Assembly: GCA_964016885.1 (NCBI GenBank)
Contig: OZ024741.1
Location: 299,894,001-299,958,000, forward strand
Direction: 5' to 3'
DNA length: 64,000 nucleotides
From: Eledone cirrhosa
Taxonomy: Eukaryota
The translations under genes were made by a program, and so were the position numbers. The notes under the pieces were generated by a model. The model was not told the DNA's origin and did not search any database. It was given only the letters and a program-made list of their open reading frames with translations. Shown piece by piece: positions 31,862-45,384 of this stretch (positions are counted from its first letter, which is position 1; each line of letters starts with the position of its first letter).

Positions 31862-33831
31862 ATGGTTAATTCACCTCTGCACCAAGCAGCTGAAAGCCTT
31901 CCTCACAAATTAACACCTCACACCGACACCACCATTGTAAATGTTACTACGTTTGCCAACACAAAAAAAAATATAAGCAGTAGCAATATTTTAAATTTGT
32001 CTCAGGCAGACATTCATTTCCCGCCATTACCAATGACTGCAGGTGTTAAAGCCTCCACCACCACCACCACCGCAACAACAGAAACAAAAGAAGAAAAAAT
32101 AAATTAACTCGTGATGTCGAAATGAAATCAAGCAAAATGGACTCTTCCCCACCAAAAACGACTGACGTCACCACCACCACAACTGAAACTAAAATTAATA
32201 TTAACACAAAAAACGATGCAACACCAACAACAATGACATTATAAAACCGACCCTCAGTTTCGCCAGAGTAGCAAAACAGTTCGAAGCATTTATGGTACCT
32301 CAGGAGGATTTAGAAAATGCCAAACAAATGGTAAAGAAAGATGGGTACAGGGTCAACCTCACCCTCCCCCCCCCACCTAATAAAATGGAGCATCGGCGCC
32401 TATGCACCGTGTCGTATAGAACAATAAATGTAAAATCGCGCCGAGTGGAACGGGCATCCGAGTCCCAAATCCAAAAAGCTTTGGGACATGTGTGGGCAAG
32501 AAAAACCCACATCAGACGTGGGCAAAAGTATGGAAACGTGGACGTGTTCTTTGAAACACCAGAGGAGGCTAGAGAACACTCCATGGCCCCATTAAGAAGT
32601 GACGACTTCACACTCGTCCCAAGCTATTGTGGCCAGAGACTCGTAAAGATCAGGGTGACCCACGTTCCACCGGCCAACGAAATTCCCTGGCTAATAGCGG
32701 CCGTCCTCGCCGGCATCGAAGCCAACACAAAAATAATAGCAATAGCAAAAGAAAAGCAGGATAACTGGTCCGGATCTGGGATGGAGCTCCTGATCCAAGC
32801 GGACCAAAAAAGCATTGAGGAGATCCCAGAGGTAATAGACCTCACTGACGGCAGCCACCTCACGGTAATTGTCGAGGGCAGAAGACCTAGGTGTGTCGTT
32901 TGTGGTGAAGGAACCCACCTAAGGGCTTTCTGTCCTCAGGCTAAAAGGTTGAGGCCACCTCTCCTACCCACCCCAGTGACACAACCATCAACACCACCAG
33001 TAGCAGAGATGGCAGCAACAACTGTAGCAGCAACAACAGAAGCACCTATAACAGCAACAACCCCAGCAACAGTAGCAAAACCAACACCACCACCACCACC
33101 AGCAAAACCAACACCACCACCACCCAACGCTTCAGAACTAGCACCAGCGCCTACACCATCCACCACGCCACAACCAAAACTAACGCCTGTGGAGGATTTT
33201 CCCTCCCCGGCCTATCACAACTGGAGACAGATTGTGACGACGAGGAGTGGGAAACGATATCCGGAAAAAAAAAAGAAACCAAAAAAGAAAAAATTCTCTT
33301 CCTTCCCCCTCCAAAAACAAAATACAGAGGGAAACAAATAAACTAAGAAACAAAAAAGTTAGGACAGATATGCCACCATCCACACCAGCATCACCAACCC
33401 CATCAACCCAAACACCAACACCATCACCATCATTAACTCCAACACCACCATCACCTACACAACAAAAGTCACCAAAATGCGAAACAGAAACAAACCCACA
33501 ACAAACGCAAACAAAACAAAACAACCAAAACGATACACACTACACAGCATTAAATTTGAACAACAAGCAATTATTACACTACATCCAACACAACACCAGC
33601 ATCACAGAAAAAGACTACACAACAACCCCAAAATTCACACCACCTCCACACATACAAATCACTCGCATCACACAGAAAACGTACATGACACTAAAACAAA
33701 AATTCCCCAAAGACATCGGAGACTTCCGACAAGCACTCTCCACGAGGATTTATAAGGACATCCTTTCTGAGGAGGCCACAAGCAGTGAAAAGGATGGAAA
33801 AACCGTCCTTCCCCTAGGAGAAGTAAGGTAA
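31862..33831 (+). pseudogene. Tx1-like ORF1 (gag-like; CCHC knuckle; Pro/Thr-rich), frameshifted
   Basis: ORF pieces 31700-32107, 32292-33341 and 33247-33831; knuckle CVVCGEGTHLRAFC (CX2CX4HX4C). The start at ATG 31862 is inferred. Confidence 0.8.
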
Positions 33832-33865
33832 GTGGTCTTTCCCATTTTTTCCACTCCTTTTCAAC

Positions 33866-36800
33866 ATGACCTCACTCAGAATAGGCAGCATAAATGCGCG
33901 TGGCTTGGGGTCGTCATGGAAGCAGGGCCACCTGCTCAACGACCTCAGATGTAGTGGCCATCAGCGAGACCAGAATCTCCGAAGCACAGGCTTTCGCACT
34001 GATCTTCGGCGGCTACGATGTGTACGCATCTCCCAGCCGTCCGGGATCGGGGGGGAGGGTTGCTGTGCTTTTTCGGAGAGGTTTGGATCTTGCCATACGG
34101 GCCATCTTCCTGGACCCAGAAGGTAAGTTGGTGGTGCTGGACGTGACCAGCGGAGACGGGTAAGCTTTCAGGTTAGTGGCCGTCTATGCCCCGACAGGAG
34201 CAGGGCGGCCTGATTTCTTCCGGCGTCTGGAGACCTTTCTTGGAACGTCCCGCTCTTTAGTGTTAGTGGGCGACTGGAACGGGATCTTAGATGCACGTTG
34301 GGATTGTGTGGGATTAGTGGATAGGGGAGGAGGGTGCAAGAGTCTCACCAACCTGCTCAGACGTTTTGAACTCTCTGACAGGTACCGAATGGATTTCCCG
34401 AATGTACCAATGTGGACTTGGACAAATCGCATAGGGTCATCCAGATCATATCTAGATAAAGTATTTTGTAGGGAAATAGATAGGTCTAGCATAGGCTGTC
34501 CACAATTCAAGATAGTCAGCTACACGGACCACAAATTCGTGATCTGTGTGCTTGACTTAGATAGACTTCATAGGCGAGGACCCGGCTACTGGAAGCTAAA
34601 CGCGTCCTTACCAGCGCGCAAGGCCTACAGAGACCGGATTAGCGAACTAGTTAAGCGGGCGTTGACGGGGGCCATCGTCAACAACAAGTGGTGGTTTGCT
34701 CTGAGAAGAGCAATTAGAATAGAGTCCATTAGGTTTAGTAAGACTTTAGCAATAGAGAAAAATAGAGCAGAGGGAGAACTAGTTAGAAAATTAGATGAGG
34801 CGCTTAGCAAAGGCATCGCGACCGACAGTACTTGCGGCGAAATTTGCCCTGACCAATTCTTCAATGCAAAGCACGAAGGCTGCGTTGTCAGAGCTAGGGT
34901 GCGTGCTCTCAGACACGAGGGGACGAAAGCCGTTCAATGGGCCCGAGTGGCGGAGGCGCGTCGTGGCAACAAAGCCACGATCCGGTCTTTGGTGGACCAC
35001 GACGGGCGCATGCTACTTGATCCAGGGTAAATGTGTGAAGCTTTTCAGCGACACTTCGCTCAACTGTTCGGGGGCAGTGGCGGGCCGGATCGAGGGATGG
35101 ACTTTAGTGTCTACTTCGACGGACTGCCGCGGCTTTCGCCCACTGAGGCGGAGTGTTGCGAAAAGCCGATAACAACCGTTGAAGTACGGGATGCAATGAC
35201 TAGTTGCACAAGGGGTAAATCGCCTGGTTTGGATGGTCTGCCCTATGAACTTTACGTACAAATGCCAGACTTGTTCGGAGGCCTCTTGGCGGACGTCTAC
35301 TGCAACTGGCAACAGAACGGGAGAATTCCCAGCTCTGTGAGCCGAGGAGCGGTGGCGCTGCTGAGAAAGGATCCGAAAAAGGGGGATAACATAGATAATT
35401 TTAGGCCCATAACTCTGCTAAACACAGAGTTCAAGATTTTGGCCAAGGTGCTAGCAAAGAGGTTGGCGCTTGTCGTTGGTGGTCTGGTGGGAGAGGCACA
35501 GACATGCGCCATTCCCGACAGATCCATCCACGACAACCTCCACCTCATGCGATACATCGTAGAGAGGGTAGCTAGGGAACCTGGCAAGGGTGGGTCTTTG
35601 ATCAATTTAGATCAATCGAAAGCCTTCGATAGGGTCGACCATCGTTACCTAGCGGCAGTCCTGAGGGCGGCTGGCTTTGGGCCCGTCTTCAGAGGCTGGA
35701 TCGCTGCCATGCACAGCGACATCTGCTCTGTAGTGAGAGTGAACGGTCACCTTTCGGAACCGTTCAACATCATGCGCTCGGTCCGCCAAGGATGTCCCCT
35801 CTCGTCCCTATTGTACGTATTGACTCTCGAGCCATTACTGCACAAACTGGAGACGTTGAGGGGGGTCCCGCGCGAACTAGGATGCGGAAGATCCGTGTCA
35901 GCATATGCCGACGATGTCACCGTAGTGGTGTCGAACGCCAAACACATCGAGGCGATCGGCACTACACTAAGAGAATACGAAGCGGTGACAGGAGCAATGA
36001 TCAACCAGGAAAAGTCAGTGGGCCTGCAGCTCGGCACCTGGAGAGGCAGGTCCATGCCGTCCAACAGCGTCGTCGGGCGCTGGACGGACGGACCGGTTAA
36101 ATTGCTAGGGGTCTGGTTCGGTCCAGACCTCCAGACGGACAAAAACTGGGACGAGGTGACGAGCAGGGTGGCTTCTCTCACCCAGAAATGGGCCGAGAGG
36201 AAGCTATCCCTGAAAGGTCGAGCGGAGGTGGCGACTGCGTACATCGCATCCGTCATCTACTACCGCCTGACCGTCGTACCTTGTCCTAAGCCCCGCCTGA
36301 CTGCGCTGGAGCGTTTGCTCTTTCGCTTCTTGTGGAAGGGACGCGCTCCGATGGCCAGGCGGTCCATCTGCTGTCAACACCCGCTACGTGGAGGGCTGGG
36401 CATGCCGTGGCTGATGATGCGCAGACACGCGCTCAGGCTACGACATCTCCACCTCTTCCTCGACGGTGATCAGGTGTGGTCGCCGCTTGCAAGACATGTT
36501 TTTCCCCAGCTCGTCTCCTTGACGGAGCTGCAGTCCTGGGTCAAGCGAAGACCGAGAGGGAGCGCTTGGAGACTGGAATGTCTTCAGGCGCTCACAGCCC
36601 TCGACCAATCGGGCAATGTGATCGGTGGAAACTCCACCTTGGCGTTCTATAGGGGATAAGTGGAGGGGAAGAGCGACAACGTACTTGGAGAAACTCTAGG
36701 CGTCGACGAAAATCAACTAGCCAATCTCTTCGGAAGGACTTTCGGGCCGGGGCCTATGGACAACTTCCAGAAATCCCTGGCCTGGCAGTGCTACCGAGGA

Positions 36801-37271
36801 GCTTTGCCAGTTCGGGATATACTCTACAGGCATGGAGGTGCCGTCAGCCGGGCATGTGCGAGATGCGCGCAGGGCGACGAAACCGTCCTGCACGCACTCG
36901 TCCAGTGTCCGAGCATTGCTGACTTGTGGGTTTATGTCGAACACCTGCTGTCACGTGTAGGACGGATCCAGCTATCAGCTGAGTCCATCGTGAGGATTGC
37001 CCCGCCCCCTTCCTTTAGCCTGGAAGGGCAGGCAGTTTTTATCTGTCTGGTGGCCATGGCGAAAGAGATAGTATGGTGGACACGTTTGAAAGGGCTGAAG
37101 ACGAGCACTTACCTCTTCGGTGATGCCCTGATTAACTTTTTCAAATTTCATTTGAAAAGGAAAATCAGGGTAGAGAGGGAAGTGCTCTCTTCCCAGCATT
37201 TTGTTGAAAGATGGGTGAGAGAAGCAAGTATGGCCCGAATGAATGGGCCTTCTCTGAGTATGTGTCTGTAA
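33866..37271 (+). pseudogene. Tx1-like ORF2: APE endonuclease + reverse transcriptase + C-terminal zinc finger, with a few frameshifts/stops
   Basis: SINARGL, AISET, VGDWN, YLDK, TDHK, GYWKLNASL, KSPGLDGLP, NFRPITLLN, LDQSKAFDRV, VRQGCPLS, AYADD, LSLKGR, CARC..ETVLHALVQC. Confidence 0.93.
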
Positions 37272-37512
37272 ATTAAAGGTGGAAAACTGGGAGAGGGCAC
37301 TTGCCCTAGTGGTCAGGGCCACTGTGGACTTTTAATGGGCTTTCTCCACAAATGTCCCTTGGAAGTCTCCCCCCTATTGGGGAATTTTTCTTTGTTATTT
37401 TATTTCAACCTCTGTTTTTTACACGCAGAAATGCCCATTTGTACCGTCCTGTATTGTCCTGTACTGTCCATAATGTCTACTTTATGTGAACCCTTGTGGT
37501 TAATAAAGAAAA

Positions 37513-37552
<40 letters not shown>

Positions 37553-37559
37553 GTTATTA

Positions 37560-38319
37560 CTTTTTGAGTCTCAGTCATTGATGTTAGTTAACTGGAAAGT
37601 TTGTTGAGATGAATATCAAGCCACTACCTGCAGCCTCAGATATTCAGGACGTATCGGAGGGTCCTTGCTGTTCCCAGCAAGCATGCCTTTTGAAGCGTTC
37701 CAAGAAGCGTGAAGGCGCCAATTTTCTTTAACCATCCCTGGAAACTTTTTGAGATAGTCCCTAGTGCGCCTATGACAATCGGGATCACTTTGACTTCATG
37801 GCAGTTCTAAATCCTTTTTACCTCCCACTTTAAGTCCTGGTATCGGTTAATTTTCTCCCTCTCCTTCTCTTGCACTCTCGTGTCGAATGGGCAGGCCACA
37901 TCCAAAATCAGGCACGATCTTTTTTCTTTGTCCAAAACCACCAGGTCAGGTCTATTGTGTTCCAGTTTCTTGTCCGTTTGTATCCTAAAATCCCACAGCA
38001 CCTTCACCTGATCGTTTTCTATCACCGCCTCTGGCTTATGCTCATTCCACTTCTCAGGATGTGGTAATTTGTTTACTTTGCATAGGTGCCAGTGGATCAC
38101 CCTGCCCATCACATCATGTCACAAGCCCTTATAGTGAGTCTGGGCTATCGTGTTTACACTCGGATACAATGTGAGCCACAGTCTCCTCTCTCTCTCCACA
38201 GATCCTGCACAGTGGGCTAGCCTCCTCCTTGTAAATGTGGTGTTTCAACCACTTCGTTTTGAGGGCCTGCTCCTGCGCAGCCATTAACATTCCTTCTGTA
38301 GCCTTATTAAGGTCTCCTC
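37560..38319 (-). mobile_element. Dong/R4 family B copy (5'-truncated; zinc finger + RLE)
   Basis: AAQEQAL..CRICGEREETVAHIVSEC, ORF 37807-38112 (VLWDFRIQTD..HNRPDLV..ILDVACPFD..EKINRYQDL), then IPIVIGALG; nucleotide sequence distinct from family A. Confidence 0.9.
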
Positions 38320-38373
<54 letters not shown>

Positions 38374-38375
<2 letters not shown>

Positions 38376-41300
38376 GTTGCATTTATCTTGCTTTATGTTC
38401 ATACGAGTTATCACCAAGTCACAACCAGTGACCTCAAGAGACAAGAAGGTCCGCCAGGTTCAAGAAAGAACATACATATTCACACATGCATCTTTAGTGT
38501 TTAGACTTGTGATGTACTTATATTGACAGAATCTTCCTTAGTATATGGGCAGTTCCCATTAGTACTATCTTTTGTATTTCTCCTATACGCGGGTTTCCTG
38601 GGATTTGCGATATATAATCATTAGACCCCTTAGGTATCATTCCCAGAGCGCCTACAACCACTGGTATTGTTTTAGTTCTCAATTTCCACATTTTTCCAAT
38701 TTCTATCTCCAGGTCCTTATACTTGTTCAATTTTTCAAATGTTTTTATAGATACATTCTTGTCTATTGGAACAGACATATCAATTAGCAGGCATACCCTC
38801 TTTTGAAAGTCTTTCAATATTATATCAGGTCTGTTTGCATCTATTTTTCGGTCTGTTTGGATGCTAAAGTTCCACAAGATTGAGATGTGATCTTTTTCAA
38901 GTATGGGAGGTGGTTGATGCTCCCACCAATTCTTTTGATGGGGCAGGTCAAAATGCTTACACATTATCCAATGTATGTATTGTGCAGCTCTGTCATGCCT
39001 GTTTAGGTATTCCGTTGGAGCTATAGGACTGCACATTGAAATTATATGGTCAATGGTCTCTGGTTGTTTTTTGCATACACGGCATAATGGGCTGCATCCA
39101 TTTTTTATTATGTTGGCTTGGTAATTTTTTGTTGGCAGACACTGATCTTGTGCCGATATAATCAGTCCTTCAGTCTTCGATTTCAGTCCAGAGGATGCCA
39201 ACCACTGATGGGTTAAAGTTTTGTCAACATCAGGATTGTTAGCTCGCTTTGGGTATTTTCCATACAGAGGCTTTTCTTGCCATTTCTTAGCCAGTTTCTG
39301 TAGCAGTTCTTTCTTTGCAGTTACTTTTACCTGGTTTGCTTTTTCTGTGTTTTCCATTTCAGCAGTAAATGGGACTTCTGAAATTTGTAGTCCATTACTG
39401 TATCTTTGTGCATATTTTGTAATGGGGTATGATCTTTTGATGCTTTCGTGTTTCAAAACGAGTTTGATCATCCAATCATGTGATTCCCTTAGATATGTAG
39501 ATAATCCAATTGTTGCAGTTTTCAACGCAATGTCTAACTGGATTAACCCACGTCCTCCTTCTTTCCTAGGGAGATATATTCTATCTATATCTGCCTTAGG
39601 CTGATGCATTCTGTGTATGGTTAAGAATTTTCGAATTTTTGTATCGAGCCTACGGATCTCTGTGCTTGACCAGTTGATGACATTGTAACTGTAGGTTACT
39701 ACTGGTATGGCAAGCGTGTTTATGGCATCGATCCTATTCCTTGCATTCAATTCCGTTCTTAAGATTGCTCTTACTCTGCGGTAACATTCCTTCCTTATCC
39801 TTTCCCTCATTGTCGAGTGCTTGATTCCGTCTCCTTCACAAACACCTAGATATTTGTAAGTTTTTTCTTGATCAAGTTCTCTTATCACGTTCCCCCGATC
39901 AAGATTAATGTCTGAACTCTTCAGCAGCTTTCCTCTGGTGAAAGTTGCTTTTGCGCATTTATCTAGTCCAAACTCCATTTTAATGTCATCACTGAACTGC
40001 TTCACAGTGGATAATAGCCCTTGCAATTGTTCATCATTTTTTGCAAATAGTTTCAGGTCATCCATGTAGAACAGGTGATTAATGGTTTTGTCATAGACTT
40101 TATATCCATGTTTTGTTTCATTGAGCAATTTTACTTAATGGTATAAGTGAGATGCAGAATAAAAGCGGTGATAAAGAGTCACCCTGAAAAATTCCACAAT
40201 TAATATTAACTTCTCCAGCTTCCAGTAATTTTGTTTCACTATTCAAAAGGAGTGTCGTTTTCCATGTCTTCATACTGAATGACAAAAACCTCCTGACAAC
40301 GGGGGATACTTTGAAAATCTCTAAACATTTTTCAATCCAACTGTGTGAAAACTATCAAATGCTTTTTTATAATCTATCCAAGCAATCGATAGATTTTTGT
40401 GTCTATTATGACAATCTTCCAGTATCATTTTGTTAACCAGAAGCTGATCCTTACAGCCATATGAGCCTCGTTTACACCCTTTCTGTTCAATGGGAAATAG
40501 GTCATTTGTTATCAGGTGGTCATATGTGTATTCAGTTAGGACTGATGTTAAAATGTTATACATTGTGGTCAAGCAAGTTATCGGTCTGTAATTTTTGGGA
40601 TTGTTTGTCTCATCATTCTTCGGAAGCAGGAATGTAATGCCGTTAACTAGCCATGAAGGTATCTTTTCTGGCTCCTTAACTATTTCATTGTAAAGTTGGG
40701 CTAACTGCTCATGAGACTCTGTGAAGGCATTTATCCAAAAGTTTTGTATTTTGTCTTTTTCTGGGGATTTCCATTTGCTGGTTTTTCTTAGAGCCAAGCG
40801 CAACTTTTCAACTGTTATATTTTCCCCTGTTTGTTCCTCAAGGTGAGCTGTATCTTTCATTTGTCTGTCTATCCATGGGGCATGTATGTTATGAACTTTT
40901 TCTTCGACCCAGATCTTTTCCCAGAATTCTTGCACTTCCTCCTTGGGTGGGATTGATTTAGCAGTTATTGTTGACTTACCAATTTTTCTCTAGAAGTTTC
41001 TTTGGTTGTTTTTGAACATATTATTGTCCTTATAGAATCTAGATCGTTTTTCAAAGCGCCTTATACGAGCAGCTTTGGCCGACACTTTTTGCTTGATTAT
41101 TTCTATCAGCATGTCTATGTCACATGTTGATTTTATACTGTACTTTTTTTTCAATTTTCTAAGTTTAGTTTGTTTAACATGTTCACCTATTTTATAGTTT
41201 GTTAACATTTCTATGTCAGATCGGAGAAGGTTTATTTGGCGATTGATGTTCTCTTGCCAAGTAGATTTCTTGTGGGAATTCCTTTGTTTTTTCATCTTCA

Positions 41301-41908
41301 CTCCACATAAGTGAGTGGTGACTTTAGCCGATGCATAATAGAGATGATTTAAATCAGTAATGTTTAGTTTGTTTGTGATGATAATTTTTTGAGAATTATG
41401 TTAGTCTTGTGTATTATCTTTTGGTTCTGTTTGGAGTTCTGGATCTTAGGGAGGGTGTCTCGTTGCCCCATGTCAGATTCTTTTATTTTCATCCATTCGA
41501 TCATAATTTCATCCTTCAAGTTGGCAAGTTCATTCTCATTCATTTCTTTATCATTTACTATCTCATTATTTTCATTTGGAGTTTCATCCTGAGCATGCAC
41601 TCCCTCCACTTTTTCGATCCTTTCTTTAATTTGTTCTGCTGACAGTGATTCCGCCCCAACCCTGGGATTCGAAGTGTTACAGTTTACCTCGTTTTCACTG
41701 ACACATGTTTCATTTTCCCTCGCTGCCTTTGTGCTAATAGCTTGATCTGATCAATTTCTATATCAGTTAGTAACTTTTTTCTTACAATATTTCTTCGTAT
41801 ATTGGCTAGTTTGTTACTGTCAATATAGCCTCTGTTTTCGGGATGTTTCTTTTTGCAGTTGATATATGTCTGTTCTGTATTCGATGTATTTGATGGGTAG
41901 TACATGGC

Positions 41909-41912
<4 letters not shown>
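38374..41912 (-). mobile_element. Dong family A copy 2 (near full-length ORF with frameshifts)
   Basis: ORFs 41364-41609, 40990-41301, 40321-40935 (NYRPITCL, WIDYKKAFDS) and 38518-40128 (HLFYMDDLKL, YKYLG, CCHC, RHD, PD..D RLE); (TAA)n at both ends. Confidence 0.95.
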
Positions 41913-41963
<51 letters not shown>

Positions 41964-41964
<1 letters not shown>

Positions 41965-43158
41965 AGTTGCATTTATCTTGCTTTATGTTCATACGAGTTA
42001 TCACCAAGTCACAACCAGTGACCTCAAATGACAACAAGGTCCGCCATGTACGAGAAAGAACATACATACACACACATGCATCTTTAGGTGTTTAGACTTG
42101 TGATGTACTTATATTGACAGAATCTTCCTTAGTATATGGGCAGTTCCCATTAGTACTATCATTTGTAATTTTCCTATACGCGGGTTTCCTGGGATGTTCG
42201 ATATATAATCACTAGACCCCTTAGGTATCATTCCTAGAGCGCCTACTGCCATTGGTATTGTTTTAGTTCTCAATTTCCACATTTTTCCAATTTCTATCTC
42301 CAGGTCCTTATACATGCTCAATTTTTCAAATGTTTTTATAGATACATTCTTGTCTATTGGAACGGACATATCAATTAGCAGGCATGCCCTCTTTTTCAGT
42401 AGTATATAAGGTCTGTTTGCATCTATTTTTCGGTCTGTTTGGATGCTAAAGTTGCACAAGATTGAGATGTGATCTTTTTCAAGTATGGGAGGTGGTTGAT
42501 GCTCCCACCAATTCTTTTGATGGGGCAGATCAAAATACTTACACATTATACAATGTATGTATTGTGCAGATCCGCCATGCCTGTTTAGGTATCATTGGAG
42601 CTATAGGACTGCACATTAAAATTATATGATCAATGGTTTCTGGTTGTTTTCTACATACACAGCATAATGGGTTGCATCCATTTTTTCTTATGTTGGCTTG
42701 GTAATTTTCTGTTGGCAGACACTGATCTTGTGCTGATATAACCAGTCCTTCAATCTCCGATTTCAGTCCAGAGGATGCCCACCACCGTTGCGTTAAAATG
42801 TTGTCAACATCAGGATTGTTAGCTCGCTCTGGGTATTTTCCATACAGAGGCTTTTCTTGCCATTTCTTAGCCAGTTTCTGTAGCAGTTCTTTCTTTGCAG
42901 TTACTTTTACCTGGTTTGCTTTTTCTGTGTTTTTCATTTCAGCAGTAAATGGAAATGCTGAGATTTGTAGTCCATTACTGTATCTTTGTGCATCTTTTGT
43001 TATGGAGTATGATCTTCTGATGCTTTCGTGTTTCAAAACGAGTTTGATCATCCAATCATGTGATTCCCTTAGATATTTAGATAATCCATTTGTTGCAGTT
43101 TTCAACGCAATCTAACAGGATTAACCCACGTCTTCCTTCATTCCTAGGGAGATATATT
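41964..43158 (-). mobile_element. Dong family A copy 3 (5'-truncated, more decayed)
   Basis: ORFs 42539-43105 and 42109-42546 are colinear with copy 2. Confidence 0.92.
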
Positions 43159-43189
43159 GCTCTCTTACAAATAAAAAAGGAAAGCAGCC

Positions 43190-44040
<851 letters not shown>

Positions 44041-44064
44041 ATGTATAATAAACAATACAATATA

Positions 44065-44142
44065 ATTACCTCATTACCAGAGGTTTCCCGGATAAGACGA
44101 ATACGTAAAAAACGTCCTCATTCGTTCGTCAGACAAGGTAAT
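44065..44142 (-). ncRNA. Type I hammerhead ribozyme in the PLE terminal repeat
   Basis: AUUACCUUGU-CUGACGA-stem II-GAA-ACC(UCU)GGU-A-AUGAGGUAAU; 10-bp stem I, GUA site; mismatch at the base of stem II. Confidence 0.75.
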
Positions 44143-45384
44143 ATAAAACATAGTGAAATATTTGGAAAGTATCATCAAGGAATGCAAAAAATATATAAAT
44201 AAAAGTAATGCAAGAGATATATTAAAAAATATAGAAAAATATACAAAAAATATAAGGAAATATAGTTAGGTATGTATATATGTATGTATATACATTCACA
44301 AATGTACATATGTGTGTATGTACAAATGCATGTGTAGGGTGAAAATGTGTGCGTAAGTACATATATGAGGGCAAGTATATTTGTGTATATATGACCACAA
44401 ATACGGATATAATATGAGTTGAAAGAGAAGATGATGATATAGTTGACACGCATCTAGATACAGGTATTAAATACACATACGAGTATGAAAGCACGCGTAT
44501 AAACACACACACACGCGCGGTTACTTAGGGAAAAGAAGTGTCATTCTCGATATATGTATAAAAATGAAACAATATATGAGAATGAAAAACATTTTTAAAT
44601 GCAAGAGAAAGTAATCAATTAACACTAGAGAAAAGAAAACAAATATAGGAGGCACGTACAAACACATATATCTATAAATAACATATATCCTTAAAAATAT
44701 TTATACACACAAATACGTTCAGATAAAAGCGCATGTATGCGTACATACATACACACGAGGCACGTATATATATATCTCGCGCCATGTATATCTAATCACA
44801 CATACGTACGCGACTATAATATACACACACACACATACACACCCATACATACGCATACACACATACACACATACACACACATTCACGTACATTCATCCGC
44901 TTACGCACGCACGTAAAAATAAGAATGTAAAAATCATAGATGTAAAAACATAGATATAAAAACACACATATATAAATACACGCACGCACACACACATACA
45001 GAGGCGCTCGTATGCATATACAGAACGTATACACACATAAAAATACTCAGACATATATATACAGAGTATAAAGCAGCCTTAGGAATAAATGTGTACTAAT
45101 ATATAAACTGCTGCGAAACAACAGAATATATCTGGAGTGGAAAACGCAAGTGAGAATCGAAATCAGGTAGTGAAAGAAAATGGGGGAGTAACATGTGGAA
45201 TGCCAAGTTATTAGGTAAGTCAATCGAAGAGTTGACTTACTGGTGGATGTGAGGTAAAAAAATAAAATTAAAAATAAAGTTAAAAATGAAATTAAATCAG
45301 AAAAGAAGCCTGTAAAAAGAATAATTTAAGGAAAGTGAAGAATAAGAGATTATGGAGGATAAGATTATTAAAGTGAATTAAGTT

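Larger units (their letters stand above)
31655..37514 (+). mobile_element. Full-length Tx1-clade (L1 group) non-LTR retrotransposon flanked by (TTA)n on both sides
   Basis: 5' UTR, ORF1, ORF2 (APE-RT-CCHC), 3' UTR and AATAAA at 37502; (TTA)n at 31608-31654 and 37515-37559. Confidence 0.92.

Noticed and set aside
32300-37322. Antisense and alternate-frame ORFs over the Tx1 element (also over the RTE, Dong and CRE copies)
   Set aside because: Shadow ORFs of GC-richer coding sequence with no motifs.
41684-42073. Apparent poly-Asn protein fused to the Dong N-terminus (also the poly-Ile start of ORF 30937-31695)
   Set aside because: Read-through of a (TAA)n spacer between adjacent insertions.
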